A stretch of DNA of 63,918 nucleotides, the filler included, from Paramecium tetraurelia (taxonomy: Eukaryota), in assembly GCA_000165425.1 (NCBI GenBank). It is 9 parts of 9 records of this genome, joined end to end, with 100 filler letters (N's around TTAATTAATTAA, not from the genome) between each part and the next. Parts side by side here need not be neighbours in the genome. Positions count along the whole stretch, not along the records: positions 26,722 to 48,144 come from CT868032.1; positions 48,245 to 51,659 come from CT868049.1; positions 51,760 to 54,543 come from CT868063.1; 6 more parts are not named here. One strand, written 5' to 3'. This document shows, piece by piece, positions 38,343-52,705 of this stretch. Position numbers and translations under genes: made by a program. The notes beneath the pieces are model-generated. The model was not told the origin of the DNA and did no database searches. It saw nothing but the letters and a program-made list of their open reading frames with translations. Positions within the stretch are counted from its first letter, which is position 1. The number at the start of each line of letters is the position of its first letter.

Positions 38343-39892
38343 TCAGAAAATAATTTAAATTATAAAAATAAAAGTTGGATCATCATGACTCCAAAACCTT
38401 TCTTTATTTTAATCGCTAGCGAGATTAACTTAACTTTTATTTCAATTTATTTAAAGTTCTAATAGCCATATTGAAGGATAATCTTGTGATGGCATTATGA
38501 ATATCGTTCTCCGTCACTAAAAAATTACCTTAGTGATCATTTTTTAGAGGAAATCTTCCATGTTTAGTCACCCACGGATGTTCCTGAAATAATCAATAGA
38601 AGATACTAACACTTGTTATGTTGTTATTCTATCATTGGGATTCTTCTCTAACATTCTCTTGAGCAAGTCTGTTAAGTCTGAGGTTTCTCTCCACTTAATG
38701 CTTTAAGTGAGAATATTATTCTTTAATTGATCCTATCTTTATGAAATAAACGGATGTTCATTATAAACTAATTGGTAAAATGTTAACCCAGCAGCCCAAA
38801 CATCAATTGGCTTGCCTCTTACTTACTCATCAGTAAATACTTCCGGTGGTTGGTAAGCTGATGTCCCAATTTTAGTTTTGACTAACTCATCGTCCATAAT
38901 TTGAGAAACCCCAAAATCTGCAATTTTCAACTTCATTTCCTAGTTTAAGAGAAGATTCTCAGGTTTAATATCCATGTGAGCAATATTGGCGAAATTGTGC
39001 ACTTATAACTTAGTATAGATATATTATACAATATTCTAGTCCTAGCATGAAATCACGAAAGAGTTTCCATATAATTTCAATACTACTTTTTTAAATTGAT
39101 AATATCGGGGGTCCATCCATATATTCTAAAACCAAATACAATTTATCATTGTGTGGATTTTCAATAACTTCATAGAGTTAAACAATGTTATCATGGTCTA
39201 CTTTCTTCATTATTGCTATTTCTTTATCCAGTAATGAATAAGCATCAAGTTTACTCGAAAGTAATTTCAACTTTAACTTCTTTCTATCGCATATTTTCAC
39301 TGCCTAAATTTAATTACCTATAAATTTATACATATTTTCTATTGTTATTGTCTTTTGCCAATTTCACTTTCCCAAATGATCCTCTACCAAGTTCTTGTAG
39401 TATTGTGTACTAATTAATCTTCACTTAACCATCCTCAGTTACTTCTTTCTTCATTATTGAATGATTTATTTGCCTTTGTGATCCCATCATTTTTTTATCT
39501 ACTCCATTCGAGTTTATTGCATTTTCCAAATCAATTATTTCATCAAACAATGTTTCATCTGTCATCCCTTGCCCATTTACTATCTAAATTGAATCTCCAA
39601 TTGACTTTTATGTTGATAAAAATTTAATCTCCCCAATTATAGGACTAGGCATGCTATCATATTTCTTCTTCGCAAACTTAATCAGATCTACTTTAAAAAG
39701 GTTTTTTGGACTAATTTGTCGACTCTATAATCTGCTCTTTACGAAATCAATTAAATTTCTTTATCGATATTTTATATAATCTTTTAAAGTGCTTTGCTTA
39801 TTATTCCTATCTGGAGAACTAGGAGCAGAGGCAAACTAGTTAAAACTAAAATTTTATCCAGGCGTTCTACTTGTTTTGGGCAATTGTAACAT
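38343..39892 (-). CDS. CaMKK-like Ser/Thr kinase
   Basis: KINQYTILQELGRGSFGKVKLA, KEIAIMKKVDHDNIVKLYEVIENPHNDKLYLVLEYM, AHMDIKPENLL, ADFGVS, GKPIDVWAAG; the stop position is approximate. Confidence 0.9.
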
Positions 39893-39974
39893 TCTTAAAT
39901 TAAAATGTATATTTTTATTTCTAATCCAAACTATTTCAATTTACAAACCATACTATAAAATATAATTTATTATT

Positions 39975-40985
39975 ATGGGAGAATAAATTTCCAAAGAGTC
40001 TTGCAACTGCGCTGATTCGCCTTAATATTTAAATACTAACAATTATGATAATATCATAAACCACTAATAACCCATTTCTCACTTCGATATTATAAATACA
40101 ACTCTGAATGATTAACTAACAGAAAAAAAGCATCCATAGTCATCCCAAGCAGATCTTTAAAAAACCAACAAGATATCACCCTTTTAACACCAGGAACAAT
40201 ATAGGAAAACACCAACCTTGATTTTAAGAGTTATCGCCTCTGCCACCTTGGATGAAAATTATATTTTTGAGTTTCAACCGAATCATTAATCTAATGTAAT
40301 TTATTTTGGTTGTAAATACAAAAACAAAAAAGGGGGATACAAAATTAATGATTTTAAAATCCCTTCTATAGATAACAAATTGAATAAGAAGAATAGAGGA
40401 TAGCATTTTTATATTAAATATGATTATCAAAACTAAAACTTTAGAATTAAAGACTTAGGAATTGGATTCGGCTGTTTTTTCAAGGCAAGTGAAATTCAAT
40501 TATAAAACAATACCCTAATAACAATGGGATCAATGTATTTTACAACATAAATATGCTTTGGGTAAGATTTACTAAGAATGCCTTCCTTTAATAATTTGTA
40601 TGACGTAAAGGAATTCATTGTTAGTGGCTATCCTTGCGATAGATAATAATTTTTATCTTTAGATAGAGATTAATGGTACCTTAGAATTTAACTCTATGGT
40701 GGTACTGCAAAGGACGATGTTTACATTCTAAGCTCCAAAAATTACTTACCTGTTACCATAGGAAGAAATATTGATTGTTTGATTAGATACTATGATGATG
40801 TTCTTTTATCAAAATATTAGTGTACTATACTTTTCGATGGCCAATGGAAAATAATCGATGGAATTGAAGGGAAATCGTCAACAAATGGGACCTGGCTGTA
40901 TTTAAGAGACGAATAAATATTATAAGAAAATATGCTGTTAAAAACTAATAATACCATCATGGAAGTGAACTTTAAATTAGATTGA
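39975..40985 (+). CDS. Tandem FHA-domain protein
   Basis: VTIGRNIDCLI..LLSKYQCTI..WKIIDG..SSTNGTWLYL, plus an upstream degenerate FHA (KDLGIGFGCF). Confidence 0.82.
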
Positions 40986-41009
40986 TATTTGATTATAAAA
41001 TTATATTTA

Positions 41010-41402
41010 TATTAGGGTATTTGCTTACAGCAAAATCCCCCAAAATCGAAAGGATGATTGTTTCAGATTTTCTAAGATATTCATTATAATTAATAAATAC
41101 ACTCACTAATCAATAAACCTGAGACTAAAGATTTGATTTCTAATTAAGATTTAGAGTATTCTATTTTTTTAAAGTGAGACTGTCTCAATTTTTTGTTGAT
41201 TAGGTAATTTTTTCTTATTTTTGATTTTCGAATTTTTGCTATAATAGATTTAGCAGTAGCATAGTTAATGTCTAAGAGTATAGAAGCCTAAATAGAAATA
41301 CTAAATTTACAGATTTGATGGAGTAGGATTTCTAAAAAACTAATTTTTGGAGTTACTCCTTTTATAGCTGATGCACCTTCTAATATTATCTGATCCTCTC
41401 AT
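41010..41402 (-). CDS. Small ciliate HTH-family protein (3' end uncertain)
   Basis: MRGSDNQKV..LQKLVFQKSYSIKS/ASILLDINYATAKSII, a helix-turn-helix pattern with an intron at about 41288-41310. Confidence 0.6.
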
Positions 41403-41592
41403 TTTAAATAATGTTCTCTGACATTTCTTAATCAATGTTTAGATTTTCTGAAGAATAAATATTAAATAAAGAAATTGTTAATGTATTCGATATAAAGATT
41501 TTTAAAACAAAATAATTTAGATTTAATTTCATGAAACCTTATAATTTAACATAAAAAATTGTATAATATAATATTAACATTTAATAATATAA

Positions 41593-42560
41593 TCAAATTA
41601 TAGCTATATTTTGGTGATTGATGTTTTCTAATAGGGTTTTTGTTTCTTTTTTAAATGCCCTGAAGAATAAAATAAATTATAAATATATACCTGCTCCCAC
41701 ACACAAGAACTAAAGTTTAATCACTAGGTTGTGGCAAATACTATTCCAAATAAATGGGGTTTAATTAGCCCTTGGGACCACTAAAAAACTTATTAATTAG
41801 GTCTTTTTCATTTCTCAACATAAATGTAGCATTTATCTTTTTCTCTTCCATGTACCACATTAGTTCCTCCATCAAAACTAGTTCTTCTAGAGTGTCAGCT
41901 ACATAGAGCAATCCTATATGAGTATTATCGCCATTGGTAGCTATGCCCTCTATCAACTATCATAAAATAGATATTTGTAATAACTTAGAAAAAGGCTGCA
42001 ATAGCAGAAGACTCTGCAACTATTCCAATATATTAGTAATTTGAATTGATATTATATTTAGGGACTTCAATAGCACCATAACCATGATAAAGGTAATTGG
42101 TAAAAGGCCCATTAATATTTAGAATATGCCCTTCCTTTGATTATTGTAAGTATTACATTTAATGTTGTGATGTGGGTAGAAAAGTTCTTATTTTCGGCGT
42201 AAATGGCATGAACCAATAAATCAAACATTCCTACATCATCAATTCTTGAAATAGGACAATAATATCTCGTAGTGTTGATATCAAATTTAGGATCATTTAA
42301 TGAAATATATTGTCCAATTCTGGTACCTAGGCATTTATCTTATTGTGGAATTGCTAGGTTTGAAATTACTAAAAATTACCAAATCTCATTAGATAAGTGG
42401 ATTCATTTAATTATTCTTTGGAATGCAATGTACATTATTATTGAGTAGTGTTCAAAAATTTAAATTCTTATTTAATGTCAACTAAAATAGGATTGTAATC
42501 TTTACATGGATTGATCATTCTGAACCTCAGTTTGAACTGATAAAGTAATGATTGAAACAT
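41593..42560 (-). CDS. NADH-cytochrome b5 reductase-like flavoprotein (divergent)
   Basis: GTRIGQYISL..TTRYYCPIS..GMFDLLVHA (FAD domain RxY motif); THIGLLYVADTLEELVLMEEL (NAD domain-like). Confidence 0.7.
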
Positions 42561-42603
42561 TTATTAAATATTTTAATTGTTGTAAATTATATATTACTAT
42601 ATA

Positions 42604-44386
42604 TCAATGTTTAATTATTGTAATAAATTCTTCCATGTCATCGATGCAAGCAAATTTTATTTTGCTTCTTTGCTTACCATTATTAATCTAAATAACAATA
42701 GATATATTAGAATTACGTTCAAAAACAAGAGATTTTTAGATGGTATAATATCTAAAATTAATTCACCAACTTTTTAAATTGATATCTCAATTGTTGGATA
42801 ATGAAAAACTGGAACATCAATTGCTAATAAATATTATATAACGATTACCATCAATGGAGTCGTCATATTTGAGCCAGCAACCAATAAATTTATCAATTGT
42901 AATGACTAATATTGATGGTAACTCACTGTTTTTCTCAACTACATTAACTTTGAATTCTTTAACTAACAGCAATCTGGTAGCCTAACATCCAAGTTCTTTG
43001 ATTATTAAAGATTTGCAGAACTCATCTTAATCTTTTATGTTCTCAAAACAATTTGAATTAGGAAAAATATTATTTATACTGTAGTATTATTCTACCTCCT
43101 ATTTAAACTCGGGTAATTCTACATCAAAATTATGAACATCACGAATTCCATCTTTATAAATCTAACAAGAATCCTATGCCCATTTCATTCTTTTTTATTC
43201 CATAATTACAACCTATAATTATTTTTCTACAATTTACATGTTTCCAATATTATTTCACCTGCTCAACTAATTAATTCAATAACTTGATTGTATAAGATTA
43301 TTTTGCCATATAGCTTGCCATTAATTTATATGTATCTACTGTCGATTAATATTATTAAACTTAATTTTCATTTTAAGTTGAGGGGTAAGGTAGAGTTTGG
43401 GATTGGTAAATGGTTGATCTTTATTTGCTCTTTTCAAATTGTTATTATCTCTCTTTGAAAAGCTCCTATTCTTTACCTTATTAATCATCTGATATGCTAC
43501 TCTATTACAATACACATGATTATGATTATGATTATTCAAATATATTTTCTTTTGATTATTCGGAATTGATGCTCACTTATATTTACTCATCTGCCAGTAC
43601 TTCACTGATATCGTTAATTTTTATTACTGAGGGCTCTTCATTCTATTTTTCTATTTCTTAATTTTATTTTAATTCTATATTTTAATTTTATTATTCATTT
43701 TAAATTGGATTATCAAAAATTGGTTTTCTTACTCTTTAAGATTACTACTAAGGAAACAAGTTTGTGATAGCTTTAAGCTTTTGAGTGGATTGTTAATGAT
43801 ACTTTTATAATTATTTTTTCTGGGCAATTATACAACTTAACAATTAATTCGATCTCTTATCCATTTCTAATAGGTCTTGGAGAATTTCCACTTTTAATAT
43901 TTAAGTTGATAATGTGTGAGAAAAATTAGATACTTTTTCACATCTTTTTAGGTTAGCCTCCTCAAATAAAGAGATGGCTTAACTGATATCTGAATATAGT
44001 TATTGGCTCAATGGATTTTATTTAAGTGCTGGTTAAGGTTTAGTTAGTAAGAATTGTCCATATTATTGTTCATGATAGTATTTTTCATTAAAGAATTTGT
44101 ATACAATTTATAGATATTCGCCTGATAGTCTAGCCCTTGTATCGCAAATATTGGCTAGCCATTCGATTTGAGATTTATTTTTTTCCAAGATTTCTCTTCT
44201 ATTATCAGCCCATTCCTTTAGGAAACGATAACTTTCATCTTTTCTCTATTTTGAATTAGAAAACAATAGCTCCTTTTATTCTTTACCCTCATCCAGTTCA
44301 CTAGATTACTTTGGAAAAGTGGGAAATTTCAACTTATTTTTGTAATATTTGATAGTTGAAAAGATAGAATTGGTTTCCTCAGACAT
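42604..44386 (-). CDS. Hypothetical protein (helical N-terminus, Q-rich linker, possible C-terminal PH-like domain)
   Basis: Largely open table-6 frame from MSEETNSIFSTIKYYKNKLKFP to KIKFACIDDMEEFITIIKH*; short introns are required. Confidence 0.6.
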
Positions 44387-45019
44387 CTTAAGTAAGTTAT
44401 TAATAAATATAAAATTTAAATTTCATTTTAGTCTTTTTTTAATTTATTTCGATCATCAAATAACAACCATCCTAATATGATTTCCAATATTTTTATATTT
44501 GATAATCATGAAAATAATGTCCTTTACTTCATAATTATTGTCCATAAGGAAGAAACCAATCAAAAAGGCCAATACAAGGTAGTTTCAAAGAAGATGAATA
44601 TGACAACAACAGTAATGTATAAAATTAGTTTTCACAAATGATCTTAAAGTTCCAAATATCTTGATAATTGTTATTGGCAACTATGCAACAAATGGATTCA
44701 CTTCAAGTACTTGGATGATAAAAGGACTTCGAAAAGAGGAGGTGAAAATTATGATTCATACATTTTGTCTTTCTCTGATAATTTAAAAAGGGTAATTTCC
44801 TATAGATTGTACACTATTTAATGCCGAAACCTGGCTTCCTTATGATTGTTAACAAATATTTGAAAAGACTTACCGCTAACTCTTGTTTTAGTAATAATCA
44901 TGATGTTTTAATTTAATCTACATTTAACTAAAATCTTTATAAATACTTGGAAGAAAACTAATGAATAAATTTTAGAAATTAATATATTCTACAAAATTAA
45001 ATAATGATCAATGAATTAT

Positions 45020-46027
45020 TCAATAAAAGTATGTTTATGGTTATTATTATTACATCTCTTTTGGAGGAGATTTTGGTCTCAGGTTTTCAATTTCAATGGT
45101 TGTTAATAAATATCGAGGACCCATAAATGACTTTTCTTCACTAAATTATTCCTACTAGAAATAAGAATTGTATTATTATGGAATTTATCTGGTATCCCTT
45201 AATTAAGAGCCTATAGTTAGCCAACCATCTCTGATGTTATGAATTTCTCCAAACAACTCGATTCGCTTTCTCCCTAGACAAAACCTCTCAATGATTTCAT
45301 ATAATTCTTCAGGCTTTTTGGTCGATCCCATAGCTTCCTCTTCAGTTATTATAACATCAGTATCGATATTTGCATGGATAAAATGTTAATCAGAGGCTCT
45401 CTTTACATCTCCTCTCAGACCAACAAGACAATGTTCTTTAACTCTTTTAAATAAATTATCCCCATAATCTTATCCTGCAACATATTGATTTTATTTTGAA
45501 TGGTCTTTGTTAGTTTTCAACCAAACAATGTCCTCACATCTTTTGAACCCCCATGTTTTGAACAATTCTCTTCCATCATCTAAATGTTCAGATCCACACC
45601 ACAAGAAGATGAAACTTGGGATATCTGCAATTTTGTCAATTTATAATTATTTCAACTCTTCTAAAGTCCAAGATTATTAATGTTCCTTAAGCTGCATATT
45701 TGCCTACAGCAATCTCTTTGTGTATTCTGCCCATGGTGGATCGATTAGAATTGCATCAAACTACATAAAATATAGATATCAATACTTTGCCTAATTATTG
45801 CAAGTCAAATGTCTTTAAATCAGCCTTTATATAATTTGGAGGATGATTATGCTTCTTTACCAACTCAGATTTTAATCTAATCAGTTCTTTTGATTTCGGA
45901 TAATCTTCAAATCGCTCTTCTGGTTTGTATTTCTTTATAAGATTTTAAGGCCTCTCATTTGTATCTAAAAAATACTTACTCAAATCAGTCCTAAGAAATA
46001 ATTTGATTTTTACAACTTTTGTTACAT
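45020..46027 (-). CDS. METTL14: MT-A70 family METTL14 ortholog (m6A writer subunit)
   Basis: [126 protein letters not shown]. Confidence 0.93.
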
Positions 46028-46072
46028 TTCGAAGTAAATAATTAATATTTTATTATATCTCATCCCATCCCA

Positions 46073-48144
46073 ATGAACACATTAGATGAAAATCTCCTTA
46101 TTTGTCAATTCTAAACCTAAGTTGATTAACTTTATAGGTCTATGAATTAGGAACTCTTGATTAATCTATTTCATCTAGCCAATCAAACAACAAATGAATT
46201 AACATTATAAATCATTGGATCGCTCATTGCAACATATATAGATACCAATCATCAAGAGATCACTTGCTTCGAAACCATTTATCAAGGAGTTTTTCAAATA
46301 GTAAAAAAAATAAATTCTACTTCAAAACCAGTTTACCATTTTTTAGGCTCAATTTTAGCTACAATAATGTTTCATTTCTAAGATAGGCTTCCAACAAACT
46401 CATTTACATTATGTATCCAAGACCTCTTCAACTCTAAGCCAATTGCTGCTTTTCCTATTCTAGAAGCTGTTATTAGAAGATTAACACCCAATCATAAATT
46501 ACATAAACAAGCTGTGATCACTCTTGATTCTTAACATAGAGCTGTTAAAAATTACTTCTATAAAAACAACCTTGAGTTATTACTAAACAGCATTATGCTG
46601 ATTTTGAAGAATAACTATGTTGATTTGATTGATAAAGCCATAGATTTGCTTAGTTTTATAATTGAAGGCGAATTCATTACAGACATTAAAGAAAAGGATT
46701 TTCACAAACTAAGAAGAGCTGACATCAGAAATAACAACTCATTATAATGCCAATTATCAAGATTCAACCCCTGCATCATAGAAGCTGAAATTTAGTAATT
46801 GATGATTGAAAACTCAAACATACAATGGGTGGATCCTACACGTTCAGATATTAAAAGATTATGGTCCAACATCCTAGATCCAGAATTCATCTCTTTACTG
46901 CTCAGATTATTACCATAATGCAACATTTTATGGAATGTTTTAGGTAAAATTTGTAAAATATTCAAAAAACATTTCCCTAAAGACTAGAAATCTTAAGATC
47001 TCATTCTTTATATGACTCAAGAAGTCTAGAAACTCGACCCTATCTAATTGGATCTTGTTAATCTCTTGAAATTTTCATGTAGAACCATTTTTGCTAATAC
47101 AAATTAAGATTGGCTTATCTTTAATATGCAATTATTCTCTAAGGCGAATACAATTGAATAATAAGTTCAGGTGTTTCGATTTTTAAGAGAAATTTGCAGA
47201 TTTTACAGATAGGTGCCTAATTTTAATAAAGAATATTTCAACCAAATTTTTATTTAGATTATTTATAACTTTTTTAGCAATTGGGTTTTGGCTGAAAATG
47301 ATATCTTGCGCACAGAGTACTAATGTTACCAAAATATCAGATACAATATCAAAGTAATCACATAATTTATAAACAAAAATTACTTTTAATTTTTTTAATA
47401 ATATATCGCACAAAATTTGAATAATCTCAAGGTAGTTGTTCATGCGTTTGATTTTTTATTACTTGGGTTCAAAAGTTTAGTTTACTCTACATCATATTAA
47501 TTAGACGTATTAGTAAAATTGCGTCATTATCAAAGTATGGATAGATTTCTGTATGCTTTTGATCTTGACTCCTTTAACTAATTCAATTATTAGTCCTTTT
47601 TTATTGAACTAATTGATATACTTTGGAAAATCAATGCTCATTTATAAACGAATGGAATTTAAACGAAATTTTACTATTATCTTTGGGCAGCCTTATTTGA
47701 TTCTGAACTTCTTATTAAATTTGAACCCATCATGCAATCAATACAAATTGATCGGAAACTTTTTTTTGATTTTACACAATTATTAACAATATCTGATGCA
47801 AGCCTACTCAAAAAATGCCTAAGATTAATTAGTAAATCCAAAATAAGATTTGAAAAAGTTGAGAACTACAATAACTACACATGCACTATCAATAATATAT
47901 TTGTGCCAACTGAATGCTTGAATATTTTCGATCATTTCTAACTGATTTAAGACGGAGAGTTGTAAGAACTCTATTATAGTATTAAATGTTGCATTTATAA
48001 TGCTCAATATGAGGCTTTTTATAATTCTGAGGATTGTGACGACCTGCTCAATAAATTTTTGATGGGATTGAATAGTTATTTGACTAATTTGTAGGATATT
48101 TAATAAATCTTGCTTATTTCAAAGGGTTTCAGTAACAGCCGACT
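46073..48144 (+). CDS. Large alpha-solenoid (HEAT/ARM-like) protein, 3' truncated
   Basis: Long Leu/Ile-rich helical open frame MNTLDENLLICQFQTQVDQLY..; no specific family recognised. Confidence 0.6.
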
Positions 48145-48244
48145 NNNNNNNNNNNNNNNNNNNNNNNNNNNNNNNNNNNNNNNNNNNNTTAATTAATTAA
48201 NNNNNNNNNNNNNNNNNNNNNNNNNNNNNNNNNNNNNNNNNNNN

Positions 48245-51032
48245 ATGTATCGATATCATTAGGACATTAAATACAGGTATTATTTAATGTTTAGAATCCT
48301 GTGTTGCATTTACAATTTAATCCTGCTAATACTCTATTCTATGAAGGATCACAAGTTAAACATCCCTCAATGCTGTCATTAAAACAAGTTAAGCAGTTTG
48401 GATGGCAAAAGGTACATCTATTAAATTAATTTTCATAAAAAGAATTGTTTGGGCAAATACATGAGAAATTTACTAATTAGATATTCAAAATTTTAATATT
48501 GCAAGTTAAGCAATTGTTGGAAGTTGGACCAAAACAAGTACCACAAAATTTATCACACAATAAGCACACAAGATCTTGATTCTTTTAATAATAACCTTCT
48601 GTGCAGAGGCATTGTCCATTTGATAATTTCCGATTGTTTATGGACAAACATTCAGTACATTAGGTTAAACTTAAACATTAATTACATTCAATTGGACAAT
48701 TAACACATTAATTAATATCTTCGTATTGATTTTGCTTGCAAAAGCATCCAAATTAGGTTAAGGTATATGTAGGATTTAAGCAAGTCAAACATACGATTTT
48801 CGATTTACAGGTTAAACAAGTGGGTTCACAATCCACGCACAACATTTTATACTCATCAAAATATTAATTTGATAAACACTCTGCTTAAGAAAATTATATT
48901 AGGGTTGGACTATAGGTACTATTCCACTAAGTGCAGCTTTTATCATCCGTACATGCTAAACAATATGGTTAGCAATAATGAATAGCCAAGTAATAATTAA
49001 AAAATCCGCAATAAGCTTAAATTACTTCATTATTTGGTCCAAAACACTCCAGTTCCAATATTAAATCATTTTGAGAATGACTCACTTTTTATCTTATTAT
49101 CTATTATTTTGTTTCATTTTAAAAGGTACTAGCACCCAACGTAGACGTAAAAAATTGTTAGGAATCAATTTAGTAGATGAACTATCCATCTGGTGGGAAT
49201 GCTGGACCAAATAATACATAGAAACCTATCGAAATACTATGATGAGGACCAAAATTTTGATGAACCCTTCTCAGCCTAGCCTATGCCCAAATAAATTAGC
49301 CACCAAGTATTCTTAATCCTTCCCAATATGAAAAATATCTATCAGAACCTGTTAAAAAGTTTTAACCACTTTAGGATACTAACGTATATTCAGGGTAGTA
49401 ATCATATTCAAAGTGATTCAAATCTTCTTTTATCAATAGTGATGAATCTATATATACTTTATTATTACATGGTGTTTCATCATCAAAATCCTTACAATAA
49501 TTCTAAATCATTTATTAATGGGGTTGATTACATTTATTCAAAAGAAGGCATGTCCCATCTCTATACATCAAAAAACCTGATGAACACATTTTGCACTTGA
49601 AACTTACATAGTCACAACTATTGCAGCCATCTGTACAATTATTAGTATGAAATAAAACTTATTGCATTGCCCAACCAAATGAAGGATCACTAAGAAATCG
49701 TTTTAATTAATTTACCTAAAATTTCCAATAGCAGTAAACAAAATATCATTTTTAGGATAGTCGAAAAAACCATAAATTTAGTATAAATACGAACTGGAAT
49801 ATGATCCTTATGGACCTAATGAAGTTTATTAGAATTCCTGAAATTTGTGCAATTAAATTCCAGATGTATTTCTATATATTGATCCAAAATAAATATTATT
49901 AAATTTGAATTGAACTCCACAATCTAATGGAAACCCATTAAAGACAAGTATCTTAATTGTAACTTTAAGATAAAATCCCATTTTATCAAGTATATTAATT
50001 TTTCTCATAATTCCAGAGCTATATTTAAATATTCCATACAATGTATAGAACATAGGAGATGTAATATTAAACACATCAACAGAATCGTCAATGAAGTTTG
50101 GGTCATAGATTTTAGACCACAATAAAAAATCTCTATAACTATTGGGGTTGTCAGCTATTTTATATTGAACAATTTGTTATCCCAATGATAAATTTTCTAA
50201 ATTCAATATCTTAATATATACATGGACAAGTATTGCAAAACCCATCAAAACATAATGGTTAAATAGAATCGCATTTCGATCGACACCCTGAATATTTAAC
50301 ATAGTATTGATCTAATGGACATGGAGGACAAACATTATTAGTTGGTGTTCCGAAATAACATTAAGTACATTAATTTTTTTTAGGCCCTGTACAACTTTTG
50401 CATGAAGGATAACATTTAATATTGTAAAACATTTAATAAATGTTTCTAATTGAAACCGATCCACTCTCATTCGTATTAGAAATTCCAAATTAAATTTCTC
50501 CAGAAACATTATAAGGGATGGTAATATTAACTTTCTTGATATCATATGAAAGATCATCACAAAATGAACTATTTAGTGCATAGTTTTCTGGTGAATCATA
50601 AAAATACTCTTCTGTTAATGAACCAATTGAAAATATCACCTTTCCATTCGTCCAATTACCTTAAAAATATAAGTCAAAACATAAAAACCCTTTTATGAAT
50701 CCAATTTGACTGTGACCAAAATAATAATAACTATACCCACTATAGTTAGTTTATAAGTCGTAACAGTAATAAGTTTAAACCTAGGGATATTCATAATCCA
50801 AAGTTATATAGCTAGTATTTGGATTTGTACAATTAATAAAGTTAGCTGTCCTATTAAATTGTGATGGGATCATAAATGCTTAAGTCCCGTATTAGAAAGG
50901 GCAATTTGTGTAATTTTGCGCGTATACATTATAAAAATAAGTATTCCTCTCTAAAAATCTATTATTGACCACCCATTAAGAATTTACAAGGTTAAAGCAA
51001 CCTAAAAAAATGAAGAAAACTTGTTAAAACAT
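48245..51032 (-). CDS. Cys-rich (furin/EGF-like) cell-surface protein, 3' truncated, possibly frameshifted
   Basis: Hydrophobic N-terminus; repeats CYPSCKSCTG, CQPYCLACTDDKSCTQW, CVDCEPTCLTCKSKIVCLTC and CPIECNQC. Confidence 0.8.
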
Positions 51033-51759
51033 TTATTATTAATTCAATATACTTATTTGTCTCCAATTAAAAAAGACAAATTTTCAAAATATCAGAGGCG
51101 AAAAAATGTACAAAATTTAAATATCAATTGCATTCCTTAGATGTAGGAAAAATAAGGCTCTCACTTCAGTCATCACCTTAACTTTAAGTAACTCATAACA
51201 AATAACAAATGAGGTCGACCTTCCATATCTCATTTTCCAAATTTCTATTACAATTTAACATACAAGTTCTACTAAACAGCGGCCATTTCAACTTAAAATC
51301 TTAAATTTATGAATGCTCCATGGGATGTGACTTCTGTAATTCGCATGGATGTTTTAATTAAGAATTGTTTTTTGTAATTATTTTAATTAAAAGAATTCTT
51401 GAGTGAGGAGGGATGGTAAAGTACAGTTGCTACTGTTAATGAATGATTAGGTATATATCCTCATAATATAAAGGATCTAATTAAATGGTTTTCTCTGGAA
51501 GCGATTTTAAAAACGTCATCGAATTAGATTTTACATAATTCCATAAGCTTTCAATTAAAACTATTAGATTTTAATTCGAAATCAACTTAAATTTATATTT
51601 ATATCGATAAGATCTTAGTATATTTAACAATGTACAATATTTTGTATAGATCTTAAATANNNNNNNNNNNNNNNNNNNNNNNNNNNNNNNNNNNNNNNNN
51701 NNNTTAATTAATTAANNNNNNNNNNNNNNNNNNNNNNNNNNNNNNNNNNNNNNNNNNNN

Positions 51760-52705
51760 CTTTTCAGGCTTAGTTCCCATTATTCTCTCAATAAGTTCCT
51801 CTAGTGTAATATTTTTAAAATTCTTCTTAAAGTTCCCACCTCCCTTCCTTTTATTCCAGTTGCAATATTTCTCCCTAGTTTTACTATCCAATATTGGGAT
51901 CTAAATATTATTTCTTCTAATTAGTTAGATCGTTTCTTGAAGATATATTCCCCTTTAAATTCTGTTTGATGAGCATCGCAAATCAGATTTATTGGTTCCA
52001 AAATGATTTCCACAACCAACCAATTCTAATTTTCCAAGTCCCCCATCCTTTTTGTGATAATCGTAAGTATTAACCCCACCATTAATTATTTGTCATTTCT
52101 CTCCTTTGTATGGCACCTGTATCTTTATTTTTTACTCAGTTTCTCGATTTCTTTTCTTTTTTCCTAGATACTCTATATATGTGATTTAAATTCTAAAAAT
52201 TCCCATCTGATCTTGAATAAACATTTGTTATTGAAATTCCAACTAGTGATACATAATTCAACATCATCCTCTGGTAACTTAATTCAGCAGGGGGTTGTAG
52301 GCTCTCATTCATTCTTTTAAACTTGACCATTGTGCCTTGAATTAATTCCTTCGATCTCTAAATGAAACCACATCAAATCTACTCACTAGTCCCAGATTCT
52401 AAAATCTCCTATTTGGCATCATTTAAATTTATAATAAAAGTATTTGGAATTATGTTAAAAAAATATTTATAAACATTATCCTTTAAACATATTTCTTGGT
52501 CCACAATTAGACATATACTGTCAACCTCTTACATATCCCCTCCACATTCTATTCTTCATCCTCTTAATACTATTGTCCTAGGAATAACATTCTTACCATT
52601 TTATTCCTTGTCTTTTTCTAGAATTAGCCTCATAGGTTTCTTCCTGAGTTTCGCGAAATATATCTTTGCGATGATATTAATTTATCTTAATATTTTTATT
52701 TTTAT
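51760..52705 (-). pseudogene. Degenerate member of the Paramecium 'GEY..G.W' repeat family
   Basis: Residual motifs EFKGEY and EGRWELQEEF with in-frame TGAs and frameshifts. Confidence 0.35.
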
